Source: Diplonema japonicum (lineage: Eukaryota; Protista; Euglenozoa: Diplonemea). From it: a stretch of 64,000 nucleotides of DNA. Positions 1 through 9,403 of this stretch are shown in pieces. Below the pieces are notes generated by a model. It was not told the DNA's origin. It worked only from the letters and a program-made list of their open reading frames with translations, and did not search any database. The stretch covers positions 310,001-374,000 of the forward strand of contig OZ025734.1 in assembly GCA_964019335.1 (NCBI GenBank). Reading direction: 5' to 3'. The translations under genes and the position numbers were made by a program. Position 1 is the first letter of the stretch. The number at the start of each line of letters is the position of its first letter.

Positions 1-65
1 TAATTAAACATGTATTTTGAACGATCATCATTTTTGCAAAAACCAAACACACAGCCAAGTAGATC

Positions 66-135
66 ACATCTCAGAGAGGACAAGTCACGGTGCACTCCGC
101 AAAGGGGGTCATCAGAGGCCGTGTGCAAAACTCTT
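66..135 (-). ncRNA. AGA1: single-hairpin AGA-box pseudouridylation guide, predicted target SSU rRNA GGACAAGUC-U-GGUGC (human Psi609 equivalent)
   Basis: Minus strand: AGAG ttttGCAC ACGG...CCGT GACTTGTC CTCT ctg AGA tgt. The pocket strands pair either side of UG in the conserved SSU helix 18 sequence, with 15 nt from pocket to AGA. Other copies start near 600, 1134, 9688, 17424, 17631, 33531, 33806, 34279, 44063, 44319 and 44581. Confidence 0.82.
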
Positions 136-315
136 TTATAATACATAACATATCGGTGAGAGGTGCTGCTCGGGACGCTCTGCACGGTACTTCACCGTCT
201 CTCCCCGTCAGCGGTAAGTTCACTCTGCCGCATGGGGAGGCAGCCAGAATCCAGAATGAGGGTGTGGCCATCGGAGGCCGTGTCCACAAAGTTCTTGCCT
301 TCCACAGGGGAGGGG

Positions 316-398
316 TCAGCAGGCAATAAGAACATTCGCATTGCAGGCTTGCTGCTCAGAAGTCTAACACGTGATTGAGGTTGCCGTGTGGTCATCAT
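316..398 (-). ncRNA. CD1: box C/D snoRNA, D' guide to LSU GAGUCUAACACGUG (yeast Cm663/snR58, human Cm1340/SNORD104 equivalent)
   Basis: C box ATGATGA (398-392), D' CTGA (359-356), D CTGA (319-316). The guide CACGTGTTAGACTT places D'+5 on the C of GAGUC. Identical copies at 850-932, 9404-9486, 17313-17395, 17881-17963, 33247-33329, 34051-34133. Confidence 0.9.
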
Positions 399-438
399 GC
401 AGAGGGGGTCACAGAAGATGGTCAAAGCTGGGGGAGAC

Positions 439-490
439 ACATGTCAGAAAGGACAAGTCACGGTGCACTCCGCAAAGTGTGCAAAAGTCC
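439..490 (-). ncRNA. AGA1b: internally deleted AGA1 variant with ACA box (possibly degenerate)
   Basis: Same 3' half as AGA1 but ends CTG-ACA-tgt and lacks the segment carrying CTGATGA. Copies near 973, 9527, 18004, 33370. Confidence 0.55.
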
Positions 491-506
491 TACCCTTCGA
501 AATGTC

Positions 507-582
507 ATATCTGACACAAGCGCGAAGACCTAACGCTGCACAGGTGTCTGTCGCAGCAACGAAAGGCGCTTAAGCTGTGTGG
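507..582 (-). ncRNA. AGA2: candidate single-hairpin AGA-box snoRNA, target unassigned
   Basis: Minus-strand stems ACACA/TGTGT, GCCT/AGGT and GCTGC/GCAGC, with 15 nt from the upper stem to AGAtat. Copies near 1041, 9595, 17538, 33438, 34186, 43970, 44488; deleted copy near 18072. Confidence 0.65.
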
Positions 583-1252
583 GCCGTCTCTTTTAGGATT
601 CATCTCAGAGAGGACAAGTCACGGTGCACTCCGCAAAGGGGGTCATCAGAGGCCGTGTGCAAAACTCTTTTATAATACATAACATATCGGTGAGAGGTGC
701 TGCTCGGGACGCTCTGCACGGTACTTCACCGTCTCTCCCCGTCAGCGGTAAGTTCACTCTGCCGCATGGGGAGGCAGCCAGAATCCAGAATGAGGGTGTG
801 GCCATCGGAGGCCGTGTCCACAAAGTTCTTGCCTTCCACAGGGGAGGGGTCAGCAGGCAATAAGAACATTCGCATTGCAGGCTTGCTGCTCAGAAGTCTA
901 ACACGTGATTGAGGTTGCCGTGTGGTCATCATGCAGAGGGGGTCACAGAAGATGGTCAAAGCTGGGGGAGACACATGTCAGAAAGGACAAGTCACGGTGC
1001 ACTCCGCAAAGTGTGCAAAAGTCCTACCCTTCGAAATGTCATATCTGACACAAGCGCGAAGACCTAACGCTGCACAGGTGTCTGTCGCAGCAACGAAAGG
1101 CGCTTAAGCTGTGTGGGCCGTCTCTTTTAGGATTCATCTCAGAGAGGACAAGTCACGGTGCACTCCGCAAAGGGGTCATCAGAGGCCGTGTGCAAAACTC
1201 TTATGGTTTTTAGATGCCGAATATCAAGGTTTTCCTTTGGTAGTTCTTTTGT

Positions 1253-1355
1253 TCAGAAGGAATCCAACTTTTTTCAAAAATATCGATCTCAGCTGGAAAA
1301 GGCGAACCCTTTCCATCGAGTGGTTAATTAAACATGTATTTTGAACGATCATCAT
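1253..1355 (-). ncRNA. CD2: structured box C/D snoRNA, D guide to LSU GGAAUCC(G/A)ACU
   Basis: C box ATGATGA (1355-1349) and D CTGA (1256-1253) preceded by AGTTGGATTCCTT. Internal stems include a TTCG-loop hairpin. Copies near 9815-9915, 33669-33771, 34417-34519, 44183-44284; partial copy at 1-30. Confidence 0.85.
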
Positions 1356-1758
1356 TTTTCTTTCCACCAAGGTTGTGTTGCACTCAAAACGCAAGAAAAA
1401 AAAAAAAAAAAAAAAAAAGAAAAAAAAATGACATTTAAAAAAAGAAGCCAAAATGAAGATTTAAAAAAGAAACAAGATAAAGTTCACAAAAATAGAAAAC
1501 TGAAAAACAAAAAGCTGAACGTTCCGAGTTTGCAGGTAAGGTAACACAAAGCGGAGTGATGTGTGCCAAAAGCCAACACCATCAAAAGTGCCACGAAGTG
1601 GGAACGAGAAGGGTTGGTGGACACACCACTGCAAAGCTTCAAGAAAAAAAAGGGGGGGGGGGAATGGAAAATGATTCAAAAACTCTTTTTGATTTTCTCT
1701 CAACTCAACTCAATAACTAAAAGTCCCCCCCACCACCACGACCACCACCACCACCTAT

Positions 1759-3351
1759 CTACTTCTTCTTAGCGATGACCTTCTCAGTGGTCTTGGTGAC
1801 CTTGCCAAGCATGACGACCCCGTTGCCCTCCATGATGGCGACACGGGAGAGACCCTCGCAGTTCTTGAAGGTGTCGACGACGAGGGGCTGCTGGGGGGCG
1901 AAGACGACCTCAGCCATCTCGTTGGCCTTCAGGCAGTGGGGCTCCTCCGCCTTCTTCCCGCCAGTCTCCTTCCCCATCTTCCACACCAGCTGGGTCATCC
2001 TCACGGCGGACCTCCCCGTCCTCACGAAGCACACGGGGGTGTACCCGACCTTCAGCTCACCGGGGTGGTCCAGGATCTGCACCTGCGCGTTGAAGGTCCC
2101 GGCCTCCTTCAGGGAGGCGTCCTTCTTGTAGATCATCACGTCACCGGTCCTCGGCATGTTGTCCTTGTTGAGACCCTTCACGTTCAGCCCCACGTTGTCA
2201 CCAGCCTTGGCGTCCTCGCACCTCTTGTGGTGCATCTCGCAGGTGAAGACCTTCCCCACGCAAGCGTTGGCGGCCGTGTGGGTGGGGAGGAAGAGCACTT
2301 CCTCACCTGGCTTCACGATACCTTGCTCCACACGGCCGGTAATAACATCACCGACACCCTTGATCTGTGTTTTTGTGTTGTGTTGGTGTTGGTGTTGTGT
2401 TGGTGTTGTGTTGTGTTGTGTTGTGTTGGTGTTGTGTGTTGGTGTTGTGTTGGTGTTGTGTTGTGTTGGTGTTGTGTTGTGTTGTGTTGTGTTGTGTTGT
2501 GTTGTGTTGAGTGTGTGTTTTCTTTCGTGTCTTCTCTCACATACCTTGTACACACCCGAAACAGGCATCCTCATAGGAGCATCGTTCTTCCTCTCAGGCA
2601 TCCTCACCATCTTGTCAAGGGCATCAACAAGGGTGTCGATGTGAAGCTTCTCGTCAGCCCCGACGAGGACATCCTGACCCTTCCACCAGTCCATCTTAGT
2701 CGACTTCTTCAGAAGGTTGTCACCGATCCAACCCGAGATGGGGAGGACGGGGACGTTCTTCTCAACGAAGTCCTTCTTCCAACCGGTCTTCACCAACATG
2801 CTCTTCATCTCCTCCTTGATCTCGTTGTACCTCTCCTCCTTGTACTGCGCGACGTCGCAGTCCATCTTGTTGATCCCGACGATGAGCTGCTTCACACCGA
2901 GCAGGTTGATGAGACGGGCGTGCTGCCTGGTCTGCCCCTGGATCTCACCAGCCTTGTGGTTCCCCCTCGCGATCGCCGACACGAAGTTCCCGTCAGCGGG
3001 GATCATCAGGAGCGCCACGTCCGCCTGCGAGGCCCCGGTGATCATGTTCTTGATGAAGTCCCTGTGCCCAGGGGCGTCGATCACCGTGTAGTGCCACTTC
3101 TCCGTGAAGAACTCCTTCGTCGTGCAGGCGATCGTCACACCACGCTCACGCTCCTCCTTCTGCCTGTCCATGTAGAAGGCGAAGGCGAAGGACTGCTTCC
3201 CGAGACGCTCCGCCTCAGCCTTCAACTTCTCCATCTCACGCTCGGGTATCCCACCCAGCTCGAAGAGGAGACGCCCCGTCGTCGTCGACTTCCCAGAGTC
3301 CACGTGACCGCAGATCACGATCGACAAGTGCTGCTTACCGTCCGTTGCCAT
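1759..3351 (-). CDS. EFL: Elongation factor-like GTPase (EFL), 2 exons; intron 2365-2544
   Basis: GHVDSGKS, DAPGH and NKMD GTPase motifs. EFL-type sequence (RLLFELGGIPERE, FYMDRQKEERERGVTIACTTKEFFT, GNHKAGEIQGQT). A GTATGT...CACAG intron removes the low-complexity insert. Confidence 0.95.
   Translation of the reverse strand: MATDGKQHLSIVICGHVDSGKSTTTGRLLFELGGIPEREMEKLKAEAERLGKQSFAFAFYMDRQKEERERGVTIACTTKEFFTEKWHYTVIDAPGHRDFIKNMITGASQADVALLMIPADGNFVSAIARGNHKAGEIQGQTRQHARLINLLGVKQLIVGINKMDCDVAQYKEERYNEIKEEMKSMLVKTGWKKDFVEKNVPVLPISGWIGDNLLKKSTKMDWWKGQDVLVGADEKLHIDTLVDALDKMVRMPERKNDAPMRMPVSGVYKVCERRHERKHTLNTTQHNTTQHNTTPTQHNTNTTPTHNTNTTQHNTTPTQHQHQHNTKTQIKGVGDVITGRVEQGIVKPGEEVLFLPTHTAANACVGKVFTCEMHHKRCEDAKAGDNVGLNVKGLNKDNMPRTGDVMIYKKDASLKEAGTFNAQVQILDHPGELKVGYTPVCFVRTGRSAVRMTQLVWKMGKETGGKKAEEPHCLKANEMAEVVFAPQQPLVVDTFKNCEGLSRVAIMEGNGVVMLGKVTKTTEKVIAKKK
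2367..2517. repeat. (GTGTT)n/(GGTGTT)-type microsatellite inside EFL intron
   Basis: Directly visible; a longer version lies at 35533-35716. Confidence 0.95.
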
Positions 3352-3769
3352 CTTTAGTTTTTCTCTTTTTAACTTGCTGCCCCTGTAGGTGCAGGTGTGT
3401 GGGTTTGTGGGGGGTGGGGAGAATAGTAGAAGGACAATATAAAAAAAAAAGGTCGTCTCGATTGTAGTGGTGCCATGCATGTAGTATGTGACAAGGAATG
3501 TAAAAGTGGAGAGGCAAAGAAAGCCTTTTGAAATAGGGAGAGGGGCCACAGAAGCAATTAAGCACCAACTGGAAAGTATGTTGTGGGAGGTATGCTTCAC
3601 TGGCACAAGTTCGCGGAGAGGCTACAACCTGGGTGGTTTCCTGATGAAGACGTGACTAGTAAGTAATTCTGTGTGCGGTGTGATTGTAGAAGGTGGCACT
3701 AGGAAGAATGAAAGAAACAGGTGTGAGAAAGAAGAGATAACAATAACAACACTAGCTCTTCACTGCCTT

Positions 3770-4030
3770 TCATCGTGGTCTTCGTACTTCCTTTTCACAC
3801 CCCTCTTCAGCGACCTGACCATTAAGTGCTGCCACATGAAGGTAGGAGGTTCCGTCATCATCCACAAGGCTGGGGTCAAGCTTGCACTCTTCGATGAAAT
3901 ACCTCATCACATCAAGGTACCTGACAACATGCAAGTGGTTGCTACACACAGCAAGGTCTATGGGTGCCATGCCTCTATTGTCTCCCAAATTGGGGTCCAG
4001 CTTAAAGTCACTCACGAGCCACTCCAGTGA
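3770..4030 (-). pseudogene. Rearranged ankyrin-repeat gene fragments
   Basis: Mosaic of short pieces matching 41287-43713; also at 36969-37229. Confidence 0.8.
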
Positions 4031-4158
4031 TAGGATTGTTTTGGTTGCTACCTGCAGCCTTCCAACTTTAGAACTTTTGTTTGTTGTCCGGTTTCGCTGG
4101 TGTGATTGGGAAGAAGGGCAGCATAGTCCCCCCCCCCCGTGTTTTTTTCTTTTCTTTA

Positions 4159-4227
4159 GGGACCGATTTTTGACTATTCTGAGGAATTTGTGTTTCCAAC
4201 GAAACAAGCAAGCGTGCCGACTTCTAC
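4159..4227 (+). mobile_element. piggyBac-like transposase remnant (probably extends about 4030-4640)
   Basis: Near-identical to 7116-7186 (DRFLTILRNLCF); also near 37367-37435. Confidence 0.7.
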
Positions 4228-4702
4228 GAAGATACACAAAGTATCGTGGCTGGTGTCCTAGGTAATTTCTGCATGGCGTTTGGCATGGCATCCCGAGCAG
4301 CACTTGAATGTGGACGAACGCATAATCCCACATACTGGGGACTTCTGCGACAGCCTCGGCGAACACATGTGATATTAGTTTCTTTAGAGGAAGGGTTTTT
4401 TCGGTGCGGTGCCATGCAGCATGCGTGACACAGCGGCCACCCTTTTGAAGCCGAGTCGAGTGATGCGGTCGCTTGTAGGCGGTTTTCAATTCCATCAGCT
4501 TGTCGTGCGTGGAGTGGGTGGCGAAAATGCGCCTCCTGGAGAAGCCAATAGCTGCCTTACCTCCAATGGCGATGAGACTTCACTCTTTTCTGCTCGTCTG
4601 CTAGGAAGGGTTGTCGCTTCTTCCGTGCTCTGCATGCTGCACAAGGAAGAATGAAAGAAACAGGTGGGAGAAAGAAGAGATAACAATAACAACACTAGCT
4701 CT

Positions 4703-6345
4703 TCACTGCCTTTCATCGTGGTCTTCGTACTTCCTCTTCACACCCCTCTTTTCGGGAGAAGCCTCCTTGCGCCTTGCCAGAAGAAGTGCCCGAATGGACT
4801 CAACGTTGCCCCCCTCAGCCGCGTAGAACAGTGGGGTGTGCCCCTCCCCGTCCCTCACACAAGGGTCCTGCTCGTACTCATCGATGAGGAGCTTCACCGC
4901 CTCCAAGCTGCCTCTTGCTGCATAGTGCAAGGGTGTCTCGCCATTGTTGTCCCTCATGCTGGGGTCCACTTTGCATTCATCGAAGAGGTACCTCATCACC
5001 TCCATGCACCCTCTACCTGCTGCTTCGTGATTGACGGTGCTTCCGTCTAACTCATCTGACACGGTGCAAGGGTCAAGCTTGCACTCTTCGACAAAGTACT
5101 TCACCACATCAACTTGGTTGTTCCTTGCCGCTCTTTGCAAGGTGGTGCCTGTCCCATCCTTCATCCCAGGGTAAAGCTTGCAGACTTCAGTGAGATACCT
5201 GACCACATGCAGCTGTCCCCACTCTACTGCGGTGTCCATGGGTGCGAAGCCATAGACAGTCCTTGAGCCAGGGTTTAGCTTGTGAACATCAACAAGGTGC
5301 CTCACCGCCTCCAGCTGACCAAATTGTACTGCAATCATCAACGGCGTGACCTTGTCCTGGGCCGTCAGTTCCTGCTTGTAAACATTGACGAGACAGTCAA
5401 TTGCCGCAAGCTTGCCACTCACAGCAGCGAAGTGGAGAGGTGTGATGCCCTCTTTGGCGTCCCTTGCCCCAGGGTCCAGCTTGTACTCGTCGATGAGGAG
5501 CCTCATGGCCTCCACGTGACCCTTAAGTGCTGCCACATGAAGGTAGGAGGTTCCGTCATCATCCACAAGGCTGGGGTCAAGCTTGCACTCTTCGATGAGA
5601 TACCTGACAACATGCAAGTGGTTGCTACACACAGCAAGGTCTATGGGTGCCATGCCTCTATTGTCTCTCAAATGGGGGTCCAACTTTAAGTCACTCACGA
5701 GCCACTCCAGTGATTGAAGCCTTCCCGCTTCCGCTGCGTGGTGGACGAGAGTTGCACCGCTGGGTTCCATAACCGCAGGGTCTTGCTTGCACTCCTCAAT
5801 GAGATACTTCATAGCCTCGAACTGGCCTTTTGTGAGAAGGACTGCAACAAGGCCATCGGCAGTCGGGGTCGCAGGGTCTATCTTGCACCTCAATGAGGTA
5901 CCTCAAGGCCTCCACATGACCCCCCAGTGCCGCCCTGTGAATGTGAGCATAGCCCTCATCGTCCTCACCGCTCGGGTCTTGCTTGCAAACTTCGACAAAA
6001 TACTTCACCACATCAACGTTGTTGTACATTGCCGCCAGGTGCAAGGGTGTGGTGCCTGTCCCATCCTCCATCCCAGGGTCAAGCTTGCAGACTTCAGTGA
6101 GATACCTGACCACATGCAGCTGTCCCTTCTCTGCTGCGATGTCCATGGGTGCGAAGCCGTCTGTGGTCCTTGAGCCAGGGTTTTGCTTGTGAACTTCGAC
6201 AAGGTGCCTCACTGCCTCCAGCTGACCGCCTTGTGCTGCATACATAATAGGCGTTACTTTACCGTCCTCGTCACCGACCGTCAGCTCCTGCTTGTAAACA
6301 TTGACGAGACAGTCTCGCATTGCCGCAAGCTTGCCACTAAGCGGC
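4703..6345 (-). pseudogene. 5'-truncated, frameshifted ankyrin-repeat gene copy
   Basis: Paralogue of 41287-43713 with a 2-nt loss near 5888 (ttgcacctc vs ttgcacacctc), internal repeat deletions and no N-terminus. Confidence 0.8.
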
Positions 6346-6436
6346 GCCACCTCTCAGACATGGCGTGTCGGGTCCCCTTTTCCTGGTATAATAATCCCAA
6401 TCCGGATATAAATGATTCATTTAAATCAGTATTTAA

Positions 6437-8242
6437 CCATCTACCAACGAGCGTCTATATATAGACGATTTGAAAAAAAATCTTTTACGCAAAGGGCTTT
6501 CAATGCAATACGGCCCGGCCCTTTCTTGCCGGCGGGGTCCTGCGCGGAAAATATGAAAAATATAAACTAAATGCTGCCCTAACTTAACAAGAAAATGAAA
6601 AAATGAAAAAAAACGCCAGCCCAAATTTACCCTTAAAAATCACTTCAAAAAAAGGCGCCCGGAAAGAGGCCGGAAGAGAACGTTATGAGTGATGGCAGCA
6701 CTGATGGCTCATCCCTATTATGCAATTTTGATACAAACAGTGATTCTGATACGAATTCGACCGATTCCGAGTCACAGCAGGGTGATTGGACGGCAAAGCC
6801 GGAGCAGTTGGAAGGCATCCGGTTTCGTGAAGATCGGAATCCTTGTGGACCCTGTTTTGACATCAAAGGCTCAACGCCATTCCATATATTCTCCAAATGC
6901 TCGTCCCAAACGTTATTCGGGTCATAACTTCGAACAATGTGGCAAATGCGGCTAAAAAAGGTGTCTCCCTGGATCTCGATGCTGCTTCTCTGCGTACCTT
7001 CCTAGGTGTCCTTCTGTCGATGGACTTGGATATCAAGCCAGATTATTCTGACTACTGGTGCACTGGCTCCACGCCTCTCAACCACACCCCTGGGTACGCC
7101 ACCGTCATGTCAAGAGACCGCTTTTTGACTATTCTGGGAAATCTGTGTTTCCACAGCGAAACAAACAAGCGTGCTGACTTCTACCTATCGCAAAGGCCTC
7201 CCGGAGATCATGGATGCCCCAAAGAAGCGAGGCCGCATGCCCAAGGACGCGCATCCCGTGGGGACACCCAGTTCCACCAGCACGCGAGCATCCTTTGCAA
7301 CACAACGTGGCATGACATCATGCCTGTGTGCTTTCTATCGACGTTGGATGTTCCGGTGAAGTCAAATTTGACGTGTCGGCCAAAAGAGAATGAAAGCCGG
7401 AAAGGACATCCCGCCCCCCACCAAGTGCATATTTACAACACCACAATGGGCGGAACCGACGCTGGGTGATGCTGTGACAAAACGCCATAAACGCACCCTT
7501 ATGACTTAAAAGTGGCCCCTAAAAGTATTTTTGTACTTGTTAGGTAAATCTCTGGCGAATGCTTGGCTTGTTTGGAAAGAAGCCTTGCCCCCCAACGCCC
7601 TGAGTACGAACGACAGTGGATTTACGCTTTTCAAAGAGGCAGTCATCGAAGGGCTACTAGGGAGGCAGTCTAAACAACAGATAAAGTCAACTACAGAGCA
7701 GGCTGCCCCAATACCATGCCCCGAAACACAGAACGAGTGCTCTAAGACCCCAATGCGCCGTGACAGTACCTTCTGGGACCATTTCCCCGAAAAAGTAGTG
7801 CAACGTGCGGTGCAAGCATTGCAAGTCGAAAAGACCCCTATTTCAGTGTTCAGCCTGCTTGGTACAACTTTGTGTGACTCCGTGCTTCAAAGACTACCAC
7901 CTTGCCGGGGATACCCCAGAAACCCCTCCCGGGGTCAAAAAAGAAGTCCCCCAGCCCTGGGGCACATACGAACCGCGTCAAGAAGGCCTTAAATAGTTTT
8001 TTATAGAATTTTACAGTCGATTTTTTTTGACTTGTTTTTTGTACCCCCTCTCGGGCACTTCAGGAACGATATTTTTGACAATGTTGTGGGGGTGGACCCT
8101 GCTGTGGGCACCCTCTCTCTAGAATTGGGACATCTGGAGGCATTTCCGGGGGCATATAGCCCCGGCGTTGCGCTAGAATAGCTTTTTTTGAAGTTTTGAA
8201 AATTTACCCCCTGGTGGGCAAAAATGGTCCGTTGGTAGATGG
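6437..8242 (+). mobile_element. piggyBac-family DNA transposon with degraded transposase
   Basis: 13-bp TIRs CCATCTACCAACG (6437-6449) and CGTTGGTAGATGG (8230-8242), both flanked by TTAA. Broken ORFs with MSRDRFLTIL, YNTTMGGTD and a C-terminal Cys-rich CxxC...CxxC...C...C...H domain. Confidence 0.92.
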
Positions 8243-8399
8243 TTAAAAAGAATAGTCACGCACCATCCCCATAAGGAAAGACGCGTTGCAGTTGTTATGA
8301 ACTCTTTCGAGAGAGAGAAAGGGGGGGGGGGGGTATATTTTATGAGAGATGGCCGTGTGCTGATGAGGGCACAGGGGGTGTGGGAGGAAGACAACGCAC

Positions 8400-9275
8400 T
8401 CACAGCAGTGCGATGACCTTGGTGGTGGCGACCTGCTGCTCCCTCACGCAGGAGGAAAGGTACATCCTCGAGACCTCTCTTGCTGTGTGCTGCGCGTGCT
8501 TCATCTGAGACATGAGCACAGGTTGCATTCCTTCTGCCGCCAGACATTCCTTCTCGAAGCCCCTCATGTTCTGCAGACACATTGCTGCAAGCTTTTCTAC
8601 TGCCTCCACTCGAGACCCCGCCAGAGCCAGCTGCTGTAGTTGGTGTTGGTGTTGGTGTTGGTGTTGCTGTTGCTGTTGCTGTCTGTTCCCCAAGTCATCC
8701 AGCCCTGTCCCCGCCGTTGTGGTGGTCCTCGGAGTGGCGCCTGTGTCTTGTGTTGGTGGTGGTGATGATGATGATGATGGTGGCGGTGGTGGGGGCCTTG
8801 GAGTGATACGCTCTTCAGCCAACGCCATCGCCTTTGGTTGTGGTGTCATCAAGGGCTCCTGCAGCAGCGGCCTTGCCTGCGGCTCCATCACAGTTCCTTG
8901 CTGAACACATCCTTCCTCTTCCTTTTCTTCTTCTGGCTGGTCTCTGCTGGTTCTCCTTCCCGGTGTTCTCTGATGCTGCACTTCTCGTGGCACGGGTGGT
9001 GCCGGTGGTGGGAGGAGCGGTGGCTGTGGTGTCGCGGCTTGCTGCCCAGCAGCAGCACCCACGTCGCCGACTGGTCCATCGTACTTCAACTTCTCCTCCA
9101 TCCCGAACATGAAGCCGTCCCCGTCCATCAGCACGTCGCCCTCTACTTCCACCCCCCACATCCCTTCCTCTACCTCCCCTCCCAGCAGCCCCTCCCCCAG
9201 GAACGTGTCACCTTCCATCTCAGACAAAAACGCCATTTCGTCTTGTGTATGTAACCTGTGCAAGAACCTTCCCAT
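8400..9275 (-). CDS. Hypothetical low-complexity protein with helical C-terminus (ORF-X)
   Basis: 291-aa ORF with Pro/Gln/His tracts; identical copy at 32240-33115; start codon uncertain. Confidence 0.6.
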   Translation of the reverse strand: MGRFLHRLHTQDEMAFLSEMEGDTFLGEGLLGGEVEEGMWGVEVEGDVLMDGDGFMFGMEEKLKYDGPVGDVGAAAGQQAATPQPPLLPPPAPPVPREVQHQRTPGRRTSRDQPEEEKEEEGCVQQGTVMEPQARPLLQEPLMTPQPKAMALAEERITPRPPPPPPSSSSSPPPTQDTGATPRTTTTAGTGLDDLGNRQQQQQQHQHQHQHQLQQLALAGSRVEAVEKLAAMCLQNMRGFEKECLAAEGMQPVLMSQMKHAQHTAREVSRMYLSSCVREQQVATTKVIALL

Positions 9276-9308
9276 CCCCTGATGTGCTTCCCTGCACGTT
9301 GGATGCGA

Positions 9309-9340
<32 letters not shown>

Positions 9341-9403
9341 GCAATTCTGGGTGGCACGACTGGGAATATTTTTTCCTCGTTCTTTTTTTTTTTTCTTTTT
9401 TAG

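Larger units (their letters stand above)
1..1355 (-). ncRNA. snoRNA array 1 (two near-identical 534-bp tandem units plus flanks): modules AGA1, CD1, AGA1b, AGA2, CD2
   Basis: 68-601 repeats at 602-1135. The minus strand shows ATGATGA...CTGA box pairs and hairpins ending in AGA/ACA + 3 nt. Overlapping short ORFs have no protein character. Confidence 0.85.

Noticed and set aside
66-135. Hammerhead ribozyme from CTGATGA
   Set aside because: No stem II followed by GAAA; the same applies to CTGATGA near 12177.
1289-1316. U14 domain A similarity (TTCGCCTTTTCCA)
   Set aside because: Mismatched to the SSU target, sequestered in a hairpin, and no domain B.
71-1344. Short ORFs in the 534-bp repeat as proteins
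   Set aside because: They overlap on both strands, lack motifs and are frameshifted between copies; snoRNA boxes and guides explain the conservation.
1-1355. CRISPR array or SL RNA/5S tandem repeat
   Set aside because: No short repeat with unique spacers, no cas genes, and no recognisable SL exon or 5S sequence.
1936-3357. Long plus-strand ORFs opposite EFL (also 35102-36556 and 39742-40944)
   Set aside because: Antisense shadows of high-GC3 coding sequence.
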